Assembly: GCA_022614965.1 (NCBI GenBank)
Contig: JAKEHO010000017.1
Coordinates: forward strand, 54,280-118,279
Source of the DNA: Gammaproteobacteria bacterium
GTDB lineage: Bacteria > Pseudomonadota > Gammaproteobacteria > JAKEHO01
Length of the DNA stretch: 64,000 nucleotides
Reading direction: 5' to 3'
Shown here: positions 21,007 through 31,557 of the stretch, piece by piece
How positions within the stretch are numbered: the first letter of the stretch is position 1
Layout: each line of letters starts with the position of its first letter
Program-made: the position numbers and the translations under genes
Notes under the pieces: generated by a model
The model's database searches: none
Told to the model about the DNA's origin: nothing
The model's input: only the letters and a program-made list of their open reading frames with translations

Positions 21007-22106
21007 ATTGGACAGTTGCTGATCACCGCTACATGGCTCGTGCCCTGCAGCTCGCTCGGCGTGGCCTGTACACCGCGCATCCTAACCCCCGCGTCGGATG
21101 TGTCTTGGTCAAGGATGGCAACGTGGTGGGGCAAGGCTGGCACGAATTCACGGGCGGGCCTCATGCCGAGATCTGTGCCTTGGCGGACGCCGGGAGCAAG
21201 GCCCGCGCTGCGACATGCTACGTCACATTTGAACCCTGTGCCCATTATGGCCGCACGCCCGCTTGCGTCGAGTCCCTGATTGCCAATGATGTCTTTCGAG
21301 TCGTCGCGTCCATGCTGGATCCGAATCCTAAGGTGCACGGCAAGGGCCTTGCGCGGCTTTCCCAAGCTGGGATCACCGTGGACGAAGGTTTGCTCAAGGC
21401 TGAAGCCGAGGCACTCAATGCGGGCTTTATTATGCGTATGTGCCATGGCAGGCCGTTTGTGCGATGTAAACTGGGCATGAGTATGGATGGCCGTACGGCA
21501 ATGCCAGTGAGCAGAAGGCAGTGGATCACCTCCCCGGAGGCAAGGATGGACGTGCAGCGGCTACGCGCACGGAGTTCTGCTATCGTGACGGGGATCGGTA
21601 CGGTGCTTGCGGACGATCCCTCTTTGACGGTGCGCGATCCCGACTTATTGGGGTCCGATCGCCAGCCCTTGCGCGGGGTCGTTGATTCTAGACTTCGGAT
21701 GCCAGAGGGAGCGCGCATGTTGAGGCTTCCCGGTCGGACCGTCGTGATGACAACCTCGGATGATAGGGCAAAAAGGCTGAGGTTGACCGCTGCTGGGGCT
21801 GAGGTTGTTCGGATCCCAAGTGATAACGGGCAGGTCGATCTACCGGGGGTACTGACATATCTAGCGGGCTTAGAGGTTAACGAGGTCTTGCTGGAGGCTG
21901 GTGCGACACTGAGTGGGGCAATGTTACAGAAGGGGCTTATTGACGAGCTCGTGCTGTATGTGGCACCGACTCTGGTAGGAGATGCCGGGCGTGGCTTATT
22001 CCAGTTAGTAGGCCTTGGTACACTGGCGGAGCGCATCGACGTTAACATCATTGATATGCGTATGATAGGTCCAGACCTGCGGCTTACGGCACATATCAGG
22101 GCGTAA
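21003..22106 (+). CDS. ribD: Bifunctional riboflavin deaminase/reductase
   Basis: [22 protein letters not shown], reductase [13 protein letters not shown] and [11 protein letters not shown] start overlaps the nrdR stop. Confidence 0.97.
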   Translation: MNWTVADHRYMARALQLARRGLYTAHPNPRVGCVLVKDGNVVGQGWHEFTGGPHAEICALADAGSKARAATCYVTFEPCAHYGRTPACVESLIANDVFRVVASMLDPNPKVHGKGLARLSQAGITVDEGLLKAEAEALNAGFIMRMCHGRPFVRCKLGMSMDGRTAMPVSRRQWITSPEARMDVQRLRARSSAIVTGIGTVLADDPSLTVRDPDLLGSDRQPLRGVVDSRLRMPEGARMLRLPGRTVVMTTSDDRAKRLRLTAAGAEVVRIPSDNGQVDLPGVLTYLAGLEVNEVLLEAGATLSGAMLQKGLIDELVLYVAPTLVGDAGRGLFQLVGLGTLAERIDVNIIDMRMIGPDLRLTAHIRA

Positions 22107-22141
22107 TGCAACAAGTACCAAATTAGCGTGCAGCTGATTTC

Positions 22142-22828
22142 ATGTTCACTGGCATCATCGAAGCGATAGGCACAATCTCCGGCATTGCAGCAAAGGGCGT
22201 TGATCAGTCAATCCGTATCAATACCGGCAAACTAAGTCTTTCGCAACTCAACAGAGGAGATAGCATTGCAGTGAGCGGCGTTTGTCTCAGTGTGGTGCAT
22301 ATCTATGACGATGGGGTTGCAACGGACCTCTCTGCGGAGACCCTTTCCCGAACGACCCTGAGTGATTTGGAAATCGGCCGTCTGGTTAATTTAGAACTGG
22401 CATTGACACCAGCAAGTCGCATCGGTGGCCATTTAGTCATGGGTCACGTCGATGGGATCGGCAGGGTAGTTGAACGCAATAATGATGGGCGTTGCGTCCG
22501 CCTGTCTGTCAAAGCGCCTGACGCATTGGCAAGATACCTCAGCGAAAAAGGCTCCATAGGTTTGGATGGTGTAAGCTTGACCGTCAATGGTGTTCGCGGT
22601 GGGGCGTTTGACGTCAACCTTATCCCCCATACCCTGGTAGAGACGACACTCGGGCGCCTGCAGCGGGGTCATGCGGTCAATTTGGAGGTCGATATCATTG
22701 CGCGTTATCTCGAACGGCTAATGGCTCCGCAAAGCGCGGCGCAGTCAGAGCAGGGGCCCATCACGTTAGAGTTTCTTGCTGAACACGGTTTTATTGGTGA
22801 TCCGACGGCCACCTCCGGTGACGATTAA
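22142..22828 (+). CDS. ribE: Riboflavin synthase (alpha type)
   Basis: MFTGII N-terminus, GDSIAVSGVCL, GGHLVMGHVDG, DGVSLTVN, VNLEVD (gene called ribC in E. coli nomenclature). Confidence 0.96.
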   Translation: MFTGIIEAIGTISGIAAKGVDQSIRINTGKLSLSQLNRGDSIAVSGVCLSVVHIYDDGVATDLSAETLSRTTLSDLEIGRLVNLELALTPASRIGGHLVMGHVDGIGRVVERNNDGRCVRLSVKAPDALARYLSEKGSIGLDGVSLTVNGVRGGAFDVNLIPHTLVETTLGRLQRGHAVNLEVDIIARYLERLMAPQSAAQSEQGPITLEFLAEHGFIGDPTATSGDD

Positions 22829-22876
22829 CTGCCCATTACTATCAAGCGCATAGAGGAAATTACTGAAGTGACAAGT

Positions 22877-22882
22877 TATAAT
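22877..22882 (+). promoter_or_regulatory. Possible sigma70 -10 element (TATAAT) of an internal promoter upstream of ribB
   Basis: Perfect TATAAT in the ~110 bp ribE-ribB gap; no convincing -35 or extended -10. Confidence 0.25.
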
Positions 22883-22937
22883 CTTCTGAGCGGGGACGCT
22901 ACCCTAAACCCTCTGCTTGAAGGGCGCAACTAAGCCT

Positions 22938-24044
22938 ATGTCTGTATATTCAATTGAAGGGATCATCCAGGATATTCAGCAAGGAAAGATAGTCATTATC
23001 GTGGATGATGAAGATCGCGAAAACGAAGGCGATCTTTTGATGGCGGCAAGCTGCGTGCGGCCAGAGGATATTAATTTCATGGCCCGCTATGGACGTGGCC
23101 TCATTTGCCTCACGCTCACGCGGGAACGGTGTAAACAGTTGCGCTTGCCGTTGATGGTGGGTGATGCTTACGCTAGCCGCTCGACAAATTTCACGGTGTC
23201 GATCGAGGCAGCGGAGGGTGTCACAACGGGTATCTCGGCTGCCGATCGTGCACTGACGATACGAGCCGCTGTTGCCCCAGATGCCAAACCATCTGATCTG
23301 GTGCAACCGGGGCACGTATTTCCCCTGATGTCGCAGCCAGGTGGCGTATTGAGCCGTGCGGGTCATACCGAGGCCGGTTGTGACTTGGCGAGACTTGCCG
23401 GTTTCGAGCCCGCAGCGGTAATCGTCGAAATTCTGAAGGAAGACGGATCAATGGCACGACGGCCCGACCTCGAAGCGTTCGCAAGTGCGCACGGGCTGAA
23501 GATGGGTTCGATCGCAAATCTCATTCAGTTTCGCGTTCAGAATGAAAAAACCGTTGAGCGAGTTGCGGACTGCTATCTGCCGACGGAGTATGGCGAGTTT
23601 AAACTCGTCGCCTACAGGGACAGTATTCAGAATGATGTGCATCTAGCCATGATTAAGGGTGAGATTGATCAGAATGAGGCGACGTTAGTGCGAGTACATC
23701 TACATAATCCTTTGTGTGATCTAACCGGTAGCCTTCGTGAGGACTGTGGGTGGCCACTTCGTGATGTGTTGCAGCGTGTTGCTAAGGAACAGTCCGGCGT
23801 GGTTGTAATTTTGTGTAATCAGGTAGAGGCGCCTGATTTGATCAGTCAGATTGACAGTTATAAATGTCGGGATAATAAAGAAGATCTACCACATAGACCA
23901 AATACTAAGGATCTGCGCACTATTGGACTCGGTGCCCAGATACTTTCTGACCTCGGGGTATGCAAGATGCGGGTGTTAAGCGCTCCAAAGAGGATCCATG
24001 CTATTTCCGGGTTTGGCCTCGAGGTGGTTGAGTACGTGAACTAA
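22938..24044 (+). CDS. ribB: 3,4-dihydroxy-2-butanone-4-phosphate synthase fused to a degenerate GTP cyclohydrolase II-like domain (RibBX type)
   Basis: [41 protein letters not shown]-terminal domain lacks the GCH II Zn-cysteine pattern. Confidence 0.93.
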   Translation: MSVYSIEGIIQDIQQGKIVIIVDDEDRENEGDLLMAASCVRPEDINFMARYGRGLICLTLTRERCKQLRLPLMVGDAYASRSTNFTVSIEAAEGVTTGISAADRALTIRAAVAPDAKPSDLVQPGHVFPLMSQPGGVLSRAGHTEAGCDLARLAGFEPAAVIVEILKEDGSMARRPDLEAFASAHGLKMGSIANLIQFRVQNEKTVERVADCYLPTEYGEFKLVAYRDSIQNDVHLAMIKGEIDQNEATLVRVHLHNPLCDLTGSLREDCGWPLRDVLQRVAKEQSGVVVILCNQVEAPDLISQIDSYKCRDNKEDLPHRPNTKDLRTIGLGAQILSDLGVCKMRVLSAPKRIHAISGFGLEVVEYVN

Positions 24045-24089
24045 CGTAAAAGTACATATCCGTCAAATAAATAGGGCAAAGTTTCCCAA

Positions 24090-24566
24090 GTGCCTAACAT
24101 TGAAATTATCGAAGGAAGCTATCTCGTCGAAGAGGCCCATTTTGCTATCGTTGCGAGTCGGTTCAACAGTTTCATCGTTGAACGGCTGCTTTCTGGATGT
24201 ATCGATGCCTTAAAGCGCCATGGCGTCCCAGAAGATCACATTACCGTGGTAAGGGCGCCCGGCGCATTCGAGATGCCGCTGGTGGTAAAACGTGTGGCAC
24301 AGACAGGCCGGTATGATGCGCTGATAGCTCTCGGGGCGGTGATTCGCGGAGCCACACCACACTTTGAATACGTGGCTGGTGCGTGTTCGAACGGGCTCGC
24401 TACTGTTTCCGCGCAATGTGATGTGCCGATCGCTTTCGGTGTATTGACGGTCGATACGCTTGAGCAAGCCATTGAACGTGCCGGTACCAAGGCAGGCAAT
24501 AAAGGGATTGATGCGGCGCTGGCGGCGATCGAGATGGTAAGCCTCATGCGCAAACTCAAGCAATGA
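24090..24566 (+). CDS. ribH: 6,7-dimethyl-8-ribityllumazine synthase
   Basis: [43 protein letters not shown]. Confidence 0.98.
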   Translation: MPNIEIIEGSYLVEEAHFAIVASRFNSFIVERLLSGCIDALKRHGVPEDHITVVRAPGAFEMPLVVKRVAQTGRYDALIALGAVIRGATPHFEYVAGACSNGLATVSAQCDVPIAFGVLTVDTLEQAIERAGTKAGNKGIDAALAAIEMVSLMRKLKQ

Positions 24567-25006
24567 TTGATTCCGATGCACCGATTTCTAAGCGCGCAAG
24601 GATTCGGGCGCGTCGCAGTGCCGTCCAGGCTCTTTATCAATGGCGGATGACCAATCGAGACATGCGCGAAATTATTGATGAGTTTGAGAGGGAGCGAGAT
24701 CTGCGTAAGACGGATAAGGAGTACTTCCGATCATTGCTCCAGGGAGTTGCAGATCAGGCGAATCGATTAGATGAGACGCTCGTGCCACTCGTTGATCGCC
24801 CGTTACAAGAGGTTGACCCAATAGAACGGGCTATCCTTCATATCGGGATATATGAGCTGCAAAATCACCCAGAGATCCCTTGGCGTGTCGTAATTAACGA
24901 GTCAGTGGAGCTGGCGAAAATGTTCGGGGCAGAGCAGTCTCACAGATTCGTGAACGGCATCCTTGATAGCGCAGCTCACATTCTAAGACCGGCGGGGACA
25001 GGTTGA
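24563..25006 (+). CDS. nusB: Transcription antitermination factor NusB
   Basis: [34 protein letters not shown]; ribH-nusB-thiL synteny. Confidence 0.97.
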   Translation: MIDSDAPISKRARIRARRSAVQALYQWRMTNRDMREIIDEFERERDLRKTDKEYFRSLLQGVADQANRLDETLVPLVDRPLQEVDPIERAILHIGIYELQNHPEIPWRVVINESVELAKMFGAEQSHRFVNGILDSAAHILRPAGTG

Positions 25007-25108
25007 AGTTGTTGAGAAAAAGCTTTGTTAGGCGCTTGCTTCGGATAGTCCTTCAATACGACCGTGTGGATCCGGCGGCATACCGCCCGGGCGAATAGTA
25101 GCCCGACG

Positions 25109-26077
25109 ATGCCCCCATCCGAATTCGATCTCATCGAGAAATATTTCCATCGCACAATCGTGACGCGCAATGACGTCGCGCTTGGCATCGGCGATGATGC
25201 CGCAGTCATTCGATTTCCTCCGGGCATGGAACTCACATTATCTACCGATACGATGATTGCCGGCGTGCATTTCCCGGAGGATACCGATCCCGCGGACATT
25301 GGTTACAAGGCACTGGCCGTGAATTTGAGTGATATGGCGGCGATGGGGGCTGAACCCGCGTGGGCGACCCTAGCGCTCACGATACCTGAGCCCGATGAGC
25401 AATGGCTAGACCGATTTGCTGCGGGGTTTTTCGAGCTTGCGGCTGAATTCTCGGTGCAGCTGATTGGCGGCGATTTGACTCGTGGGCCACTGGTTATGAC
25501 AGTGCAGGTCCACGGTATGGTGCCAGCCGGGATGGCACTGACACGACGCGGCGCGCGAGTTTTTGATCAAATCTACGTCACGGGGACGCTAGGGGATGCG
25601 GGCCTTGCGCTAGCAAGCCTCAAGCATGCCAATGGTGTGAGGGGATGGTGTGATCGCTTTTTGCAGGGCCGATTGAACCGACCGACACCCCGGGTCCGGG
25701 AGGGCATCGCGTTGCGCGGGCTTGCAACCAGCGCCATTGATATCTCCGACGGTTTGCTGGCTGATCTTGGCCATATCGTATCCGCCAGTGGCGTGGGTGC
25801 GCGTTTGTGCATTGCGGATATCCCGCTGTCCTCTGTCGTGTTGGAGAATAGTGACCGAGACGCCGCTCGACGAATGGCACTTTCAGCCGGCGATGACTAT
25901 GAGCTCTGTTTCACAGTGCCCCGTGATCGGCAGGCGTTGCTGAAAGCGGCCTTCAATCATTTTGCCTGTGGGGTGACCTGTGTGGGTACGATCTTAGAGG
26001 CGCCTGGGGTTCGTTGTTACGGCTCAGACGGAACAGAGTTCCATCCAGATGCAATCGGGTACAGGCATTTTCAGTAG
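25109..26077 (+). CDS. thiL: Thiamine-monophosphate kinase
   Basis: SEFDLIEKYF, GIGDDAA, AVNLSDMAAMGA, IDISDGL, GDDYELCFT. Confidence 0.97.
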   Translation: MPPSEFDLIEKYFHRTIVTRNDVALGIGDDAAVIRFPPGMELTLSTDTMIAGVHFPEDTDPADIGYKALAVNLSDMAAMGAEPAWATLALTIPEPDEQWLDRFAAGFFELAAEFSVQLIGGDLTRGPLVMTVQVHGMVPAGMALTRRGARVFDQIYVTGTLGDAGLALASLKHANGVRGWCDRFLQGRLNRPTPRVREGIALRGLATSAIDISDGLLADLGHIVSASGVGARLCIADIPLSSVVLENSDRDAARRMALSAGDDYELCFTVPRDRQALLKAAFNHFACGVTCVGTILEAPGVRCYGSDGTEFHPDAIGYRHFQ

Positions 26078-26198
26078 ACGCCTAATTACCTTCCGAAGGT
26101 TCGGTCGTGTCTTTAGGTGGCGCGTTTTGCCTTACGCGCTACAATACTCGCAATCTAGTGCTAGGCATGGGCCGGTCGCATGGCCCCCGGTGTGAGCA

Positions 26199-26969
26199 AT
26201 GTGTGAACTTCTGGGAATGAGTGCCAATGTACCCACGGATATCCGCTTTAGCTTTACAGGGCTAATGCAGCGCGGCGGTCGTACCGGTCCGCATCGTGAC
26301 GGCTGGGGTATCGGGTTCTATGAAGGGCGGGGCTGCCGTCTCTTCCACGATCCGAATGCAAGCGCAGAATCACACGTCGCTCGCCTGGTACAGAGTTATG
26401 AAATCAAAAGCAAGATCATCATAAGTCATATTCGCAAAGCGAACCGTGGTCGCGTATGCCTAGAAAATACACATCCATTTGTTCGGGAACTTTGGGGCTA
26501 TAGTTGGACTTTTGTTCATAATGGCCAGTTGAAGGGTGTAAAGAAGCTACCGTTATCGTTTTACAGGCCGATAGGCACGACTGACAGCGAACACGCGTTC
26601 TGCTGGATGTTGGACCAGATCCGTGAGCGTTTTGGCAATGTGCCACGGCGAGCAGGGGCCCTTTGGGATTTTATTTATCAGTTGGCCAGCAAATTGCGCG
26701 AGCGCGGATCGTTTAATTTCTTGTTGAGCGATTCAAAGCATCTGTATGCTCACTGCAGCACAAATCTTTCTTTCATAACGCGCCGCGCCCCGTTTGGGAG
26801 GGCACGTTTGATCGATGCTGAGGTGGTCATTGATTTTGAAAAGGAAACGACACCTAAAGATATAGTGACAGTCATTGCATCGCGGCCGCTGACCCATGAT
26901 GAGGAGTGGATAAAGATGAAACGGGGAGCGTTTGACGTTTTTATTGATGGAATATCGATGGGAGAATAA
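26199..26969 (+). CDS. Class II glutamine amidotransferase, YafJ-like
   Basis: N-terminal nucleophile MCELLGMSANVPTDI, HRDGWG, SHIRKA, NTHPF, HNG, GTTDSE. Confidence 0.92.
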   Translation: MCELLGMSANVPTDIRFSFTGLMQRGGRTGPHRDGWGIGFYEGRGCRLFHDPNASAESHVARLVQSYEIKSKIIISHIRKANRGRVCLENTHPFVRELWGYSWTFVHNGQLKGVKKLPLSFYRPIGTTDSEHAFCWMLDQIRERFGNVPRRAGALWDFIYQLASKLRERGSFNFLLSDSKHLYAHCSTNLSFITRRAPFGRARLIDAEVVIDFEKETTPKDIVTVIASRPLTHDEEWIKMKRGAFDVFIDGISMGE

Positions 26970-27130
26970 CTCGGCTTACGCAGATTAACCACCTGGCGTA
27001 AAGGCGCATTCGCGCCCCTAGCGTTTTCGGTCTGAAATAATTGATATGTCGATTTTCGCGAGCAAACCGACTGGAGCTTGTTAAGGAGAATTGACGTTAT
27101 GTCCCAATCGAAGAAACAGGAGCCGTACGG

Positions 27131-28519
27131 ATGATTGATAAAAACTATCGACTTGAGAGGGACAGCATGGGTGAAATTAGAGTCCCGGCGGATGCGTTGT
27201 ACGGTGCCCAGACACAGCGTGCGGTAGAAAATTTTTCAATCAGCGGGCTAAAAATGCCTCGCGCGTTCATCCGTGCATTGGGGCTTATTAAAGGGGCGAC
27301 GGCCAAGGCTAATCATGATCTTGGTCTAATGGATGCTGATATGGCGGAAGCCATCATAAGTGCCGCGGCCGAGGTGGAGCAGGGTGAATATGACCAGCAT
27401 TTCCCGGTGGACGTGTTTCAAACGGGTTCCGGAACGAGTACGAACATGAACGCCAATGAAGTCATAGCTCGCCTTGCTGCGGAGCGACTCGGGAAGCCGG
27501 TGCATCCCAACGATCACGTTAACATGGGGCAAAGCAGCAACGATGTCATTCCCACGGCAATTCATGTCAGTGCCACGTTGGAGGTTGAGGACCTGCTTCT
27601 GCCTGCTCTTGCTCATCTTGCTGATACCATTGCAAAGCGTGCTATGGAACTCGATGGCATTGTGAAAACTGGGCGCACCCACCTGATGGATGCCATGCCA
27701 GTGCGCATTGGGCAGGAGCTTAGCGGCTGGGAAGCGCAGGTTCGGCATGGGCGGGACCGCATCGAGTCCGCGTTAGAGCGCATGCGAGCGCTGCCGCTTG
27801 GCGGGTCTGCGGTAGGTACCGGAATCAATGCTCATCCGGAATGCGGCCAAAGAGTCGCCGCTAATCTTACGGGGGCAACTGGCGCGCGCTTTATCCGAAT
27901 GAAGAATTATTTTGAGGGGCTGAGTTGTCAGGACGCTGCCGTGGAACTCTGCGGCCAGCTAAAGACCGTGGCAGTGAGTCTTATGAAAATCGCCAATGAC
28001 CTGCGCTGGATGAATAGTGGGCCGCTCGCAGGCCTCGCTGAGATCAGCTTACCCGCTTTGCAACCGGGCAGCAGCATCATGCCAGGCAAGGTCAATCCCG
28101 TGATCCCAGAAGCGGTGACTATGGCCTGTGCTCAGGTCATTGGGAACGATGTGACGGTTACCATCGGTGGCCAAGCGGGTAATTTTCAATTGAACGTGAT
28201 GCTTCCGGTGATCGCATATAACCTATTGCAAAGCATCGAGCTGATGGCAAACTCCGCACGAGTCCTTGCTGATAACGCCATCGCGGGTTTTACCGTCAAC
28301 GTGGAACAGCTGCGTAAGGCGCTAGAGAAGAATCCGATCCTAGTAACCGCCCTGAATGCCGTTATTGGTTATGACAAGGGCGCTCAGATTGCAAAGAAGG
28401 CCTATGCGGAAGGGCGGTCAATACAGGACGTAGCGGCCGAGATGACAGACCTTTCTGCGGAGGAACTTGCCCGGTTGCTGGATCCAGCAAAATTGACCAA
28501 AGGCGGACCGCGTAAATAG
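27131..28519 (+). CDS. fumC: Class II fumarate hydratase
   Basis: YGAQTQRA, FQTGSGTSTNMN, HPNDHVN, KTGRTHLMDA, GSSIMPGKVNP. Confidence 0.95.
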   Translation: MIDKNYRLERDSMGEIRVPADALYGAQTQRAVENFSISGLKMPRAFIRALGLIKGATAKANHDLGLMDADMAEAIISAAAEVEQGEYDQHFPVDVFQTGSGTSTNMNANEVIARLAAERLGKPVHPNDHVNMGQSSNDVIPTAIHVSATLEVEDLLLPALAHLADTIAKRAMELDGIVKTGRTHLMDAMPVRIGQELSGWEAQVRHGRDRIESALERMRALPLGGSAVGTGINAHPECGQRVAANLTGATGARFIRMKNYFEGLSCQDAAVELCGQLKTVAVSLMKIANDLRWMNSGPLAGLAEISLPALQPGSSIMPGKVNPVIPEAVTMACAQVIGNDVTVTIGGQAGNFQLNVMLPVIAYNLLQSIELMANSARVLADNAIAGFTVNVEQLRKALEKNPILVTALNAVIGYDKGAQIAKKAYAEGRSIQDVAAEMTDLSAEELARLLDPAKLTKGGPRK

Positions 28520-28541
28520 CTCGCGTTCAGGAAAGGCGAGC
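28519..28541. terminator. Hairpin between convergent fumC and methyltransferase genes
   Basis: GCTCGC...GCGAGC inverted repeat directly after the fumC stop; no U-tract. Confidence 0.3.
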
Positions 28542-28616
28542 GCAGATCATAGATTGAGTGATTGCCGCTTTGGTCAGGATGCCAATCATCTCACGGTCGA
28601 GCCTCCTTGCAACGCG

Positions 28617-29351
28617 TCATTGCCGTCGTTTCTGTGCTAAAACGACGAGTGTGCGACCAAATAAGGCCGTGTTTGAGTTCTGGATCGCCACATGCTCGGA
28701 TCTCCCGTGCTTCATACGTGCGCTCAGCCAGATTAACGGTGCCAGAAATGACCACAATAGGGATGTTCTCTGAAATCTGTCTGTTCGAACTTCGCTGATG
28801 TCCAGTCCGCTTTGCGCAAGACGCCAACGGTACGCGTCCAGCGTGGAAGCAGTGATGTGCTGTGATACCGGATCCAAAATATCCGGATCCAGTGTTGGGA
28901 ATGAGTAGAAATACCCGGTGAACAAAAATGCAATGCGGGATTTCAATGAGAGGATATTGGGCGTACTGAATGCAAAGGTGCCTCCGGGCCTCAAAACCCG
29001 CGATACTTCATTGAATAGAGCGCGATGATTTTCGAGATGTTCTATAAGCTCGATTGCCAGGACGAGATCGAGTGAGGCATCAGCATATGGCAGACGTCCA
29101 GTGGCGTCAACGCGTTGACATTGCACCCCAGAGACATCAAAGTTATCAGGAAACAGATCGCAGGCCTGCACCGAATAGCCGGCCTCGAGCAGCCTTCGGC
29201 AGAGTCCTCCGCGCCCTGCGCCGACATCTAGGACCTGAATATCACGTGAGGGGGGAATTTCCGATTCCACAATGCGCATGACCGCTTCATGGACGCCTCT
29301 AACAGCCATGGCATCAAATGGTTGAATGTCGGCTGTGGGCTCAGTCTTCAT
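28617..29351 (-). CDS. Class I SAM-dependent methyltransferase
   Basis: VLDVGAGRG motif I, ELIEHLEN, RVLRPGG, STPN; purine-rich stretch upstream of ATG 29351. Confidence 0.9.
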   Translation of the reverse strand: MKTEPTADIQPFDAMAVRGVHEAVMRIVESEIPPSRDIQVLDVGAGRGGLCRRLLEAGYSVQACDLFPDNFDVSGVQCQRVDATGRLPYADASLDLVLAIELIEHLENHRALFNEVSRVLRPGGTFAFSTPNILSLKSRIAFLFTGYFYSFPTLDPDILDPVSQHITASTLDAYRWRLAQSGLDISEVRTDRFQRTSLLWSFLAPLIWLSARMKHGRSEHVAIQNSNTALFGRTLVVLAQKRRQ

Positions 29352-29447
29352 TTCAGTCTCGCCGCCCCTCCTCTGTAGGCAAGAACCCGTTCCGCTCATG
29401 CATTACACAGTTTTCGATAGGCGGCAAAGGAGTCCGGCATTTCTCAA

Positions 29448-30545
29448 CTAGTTAGCGAGTGCATCTTTGATTACAGCGACTATCTCTTCGATAACCTCAT
29501 CCTTTAGCTCCGGATACATTGGTAATGACAGGCATTGTTGTACGACTTGTTCGGTTCTGCTTAGAGTTAAAGCCTTGCAGGCACCTTTGAACGCATTCTG
29601 CTTGTGTAATGAAACGGGATAGTAGATGGCACTGGCGATACCGGCGTCTTTTAAGTGATTCATGACTTTGTCGCGCTCCGGGGTGAGGATGGTGTACTGG
29701 TGATACACGTGGTATCCCCGATTATCTTCATAAGGGGTGGTTAGTTTGACACCGGATAGTAGTCGGTTATAGGTTTTGGCGACGCGTCGCCGGTCCTTGT
29801 TATAAGCGTCAACCTGTTTTAGTTTAGTACGCAATACTACCGCTTGAATCTCATCCAAGCGGCTATTGAGTCCAATCAGCTCATGATGATACAGTTTATT
29901 ACAACCATGATTTCTTAGCATGCGCAGCCGCTTGGCAAGTTCACCTGAGGCCGTGCTCACCATTCCGCCATCGCCGTAGCAGCCAAGGTTCTTACTCGGG
30001 AAAAAGCTGAAACAACCCAGTATCCCGAAGCTTCCGGTCTGTCGATTATTGACATGTGCGCCAAAGGATTGGGCACAGTCTTCAATTAATTCAAGTCCTT
30101 CCTCATGGCATATTGATACGATTGCGCTCATGTCTGCCGGCTGGCCAAACAGGTGGACGGGCAGTACCGCCTTTGTTTTCTTTGTTATTGCCTGTTGAAT
30201 TTGGTCAGGATCGATATTAAAGGTGTGTGGATCGATATCAACAAACACAGGTATTGCGCCGACGTAGCGAATCGCCTCCGCGGTAGCGATAAAGCTGAAT
30301 GCTGTCGTGATCACTTCATCGCCAGGACCAATTCCCGCAACTTTGAGTGCAAGGTGCAATGCGTCAGTGCCCGAGGCACAGGAAACCACCTGATCGACAC
30401 CCAGGTAATCAGCCACTTCCTGTTCGAAGGCCATGACATTGGGTCCGAGGATGAACTGACCGCTTTCCAGGACTGCCCGTATTCTCAGCTCAATCTCGGG
30501 CTTAAGCTCTTGATATTGTTGTTTGAGATCAAGCATCGGAATCAC
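29448..30545 (-). CDS. DegT/DnrJ/EryC1/StrS aminotransferase, GnnB-like (UDP-3-keto-GlcNAc transaminase)
   Basis: IPMLDLK, FILGPNV, CASGTDAL, PVHLFGQ, IEDCAQ, SFFPSKNLGCYGDGG, NSRLDEIQA; paired with a GnnA-like oxidoreductase. Confidence 0.9.
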   Translation of the reverse strand: MIPMLDLKQQYQELKPEIELRIRAVLESGQFILGPNVMAFEQEVADYLGVDQVVSCASGTDALHLALKVAGIGPGDEVITTAFSFIATAEAIRYVGAIPVFVDIDPHTFNIDPDQIQQAITKKTKAVLPVHLFGQPADMSAIVSICHEEGLELIEDCAQSFGAHVNNRQTGSFGILGCFSFFPSKNLGCYGDGGMVSTASGELAKRLRMLRNHGCNKLYHHELIGLNSRLDEIQAVVLRTKLKQVDAYNKDRRRVAKTYNRLLSGVKLTTPYEDNRGYHVYHQYTILTPERDKVMNHLKDAGIASAIYYPVSLHKQNAFKGACKALTLSRTEQVVQQCLSLPMYPELKDEVIEEIVAVIKDALAN

Positions 30546-30603
30546 GTGTGCGGTATCCTGATAGGCAGTTGTGACCTTGTGTGCTCGGGCGATCAGCTTA
30601 GCG

Positions 30604-31557
30604 TCACGCGGGGGTTAAGGGCGATTTATTCAGCAGCTCAGTGATTTGAATCGCAGTCTGCAATGCACGCTTGCCATCTTCGCCTGAGACGACGGGCTGT
30701 GTGCCAGACCGGATTGCCTCGAGGAAAAGTGCGATTTCGGTTTTGAGTGCGTCGCCATCCTCGAACGTTGTTTGTTCGCTGTCGATGTTCGGGATCCCAG
30801 GAAACATCTCACCATTGCCCTTTTTATGAACGGTCACCACTCGATTCTGAAAATCGATAGAGACATAGGAGTCTCTTTGGAATAAACGCATCTTACGCTC
30901 AGTTTTCATACTGACACGACTTGCCGTGACGTTGGCAACGCAGCCGTTTTTAAAAACTAGACGCGCGTTAGCAATATCGACTGCATCTGACAAGATAGAT
31001 GCGCCGGTCGCATCGATCCGCACCAAATCGGATTTCACCAGATTAATGATGATATCAATATCATGGATCATTAGGTCAAGCACGACATTGACATCCGTAC
31101 CTCGTGGATTAAAGGACGCTAAACGATGCGTTTCAATAAACACTGGTTTATCGCGTACTTTGTCAAGATTAAGAATCGCTGCATTAAATCGCTCCAAGTG
31201 CCCTACTTGAAGGATTTTACGCCGAGTTCTTGCTAGTGATATGAGGTCATCGGCCTGAGGAATGGTTGTTGTAATAGGCTTCTCCACCAATACGTGACTA
31301 TCATGCTTGATAAACGCTTTGGCTATGTCGTAGTGCAAACTGGTGGGTACGACGATGCTTACAGCCTGGACCCGGCCGAGCAATTCGCGGTAGTCAGTTG
31401 ACGATTCAACATGATACTTTGAAGCGACTGCGTCAGCGACCCGGCGATTCGTGTCCACGACCGCGACCAGTTTGCTATCGGGCAGTTGAGCATACTTCTC
31501 AGCATGGAACTTGCCTAAGTAGCCGACGCCAATAACCGCTGTGGTGATTTTTGCCAT
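30604..31557 (-). CDS. Gfo/Idh/MocA oxidoreductase, GnnA-like (UDP-GlcNAc 3-dehydrogenase)
   Basis: AVIGVGYLGKFHAEKY, VEKPI, QVGHLERFN, RGTDVNVVLDLMIHDIDI, ANVTASRVS. Confidence 0.88.
   Translation of the reverse strand: MAKITTAVIGVGYLGKFHAEKYAQLPDSKLVAVVDTNRRVADAVASKYHVESSTDYRELLGRVQAVSIVVPTSLHYDIAKAFIKHDSHVLVEKPITTTIPQADDLISLARTRRKILQVGHLERFNAAILNLDKVRDKPVFIETHRLASFNPRGTDVNVVLDLMIHDIDIIINLVKSDLVRIDATGASILSDAVDIANARLVFKNGCVANVTASRVSMKTERKMRLFQRDSYVSIDFQNRVVTVHKKGNGEMFPGIPNIDSEQTTFEDGDALKTEIALFLEAIRSGTQPVVSGEDGKRALQTAIQITELLNKSPLTPA

Noticed and set aside
21245..22114. 289-aa antisense ORF over ribD, and similar long shadow ORFs (e.g. 101-967, 37150-37794, 54819-55463)
   Set aside because: They fully overlap well-supported genes, have no motifs and are expected in GC-rich coding DNA.
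22829..22937. Possible FMN riboswitch before ribB
   Set aside because: The gap is short and lacks the RFN consensus words.
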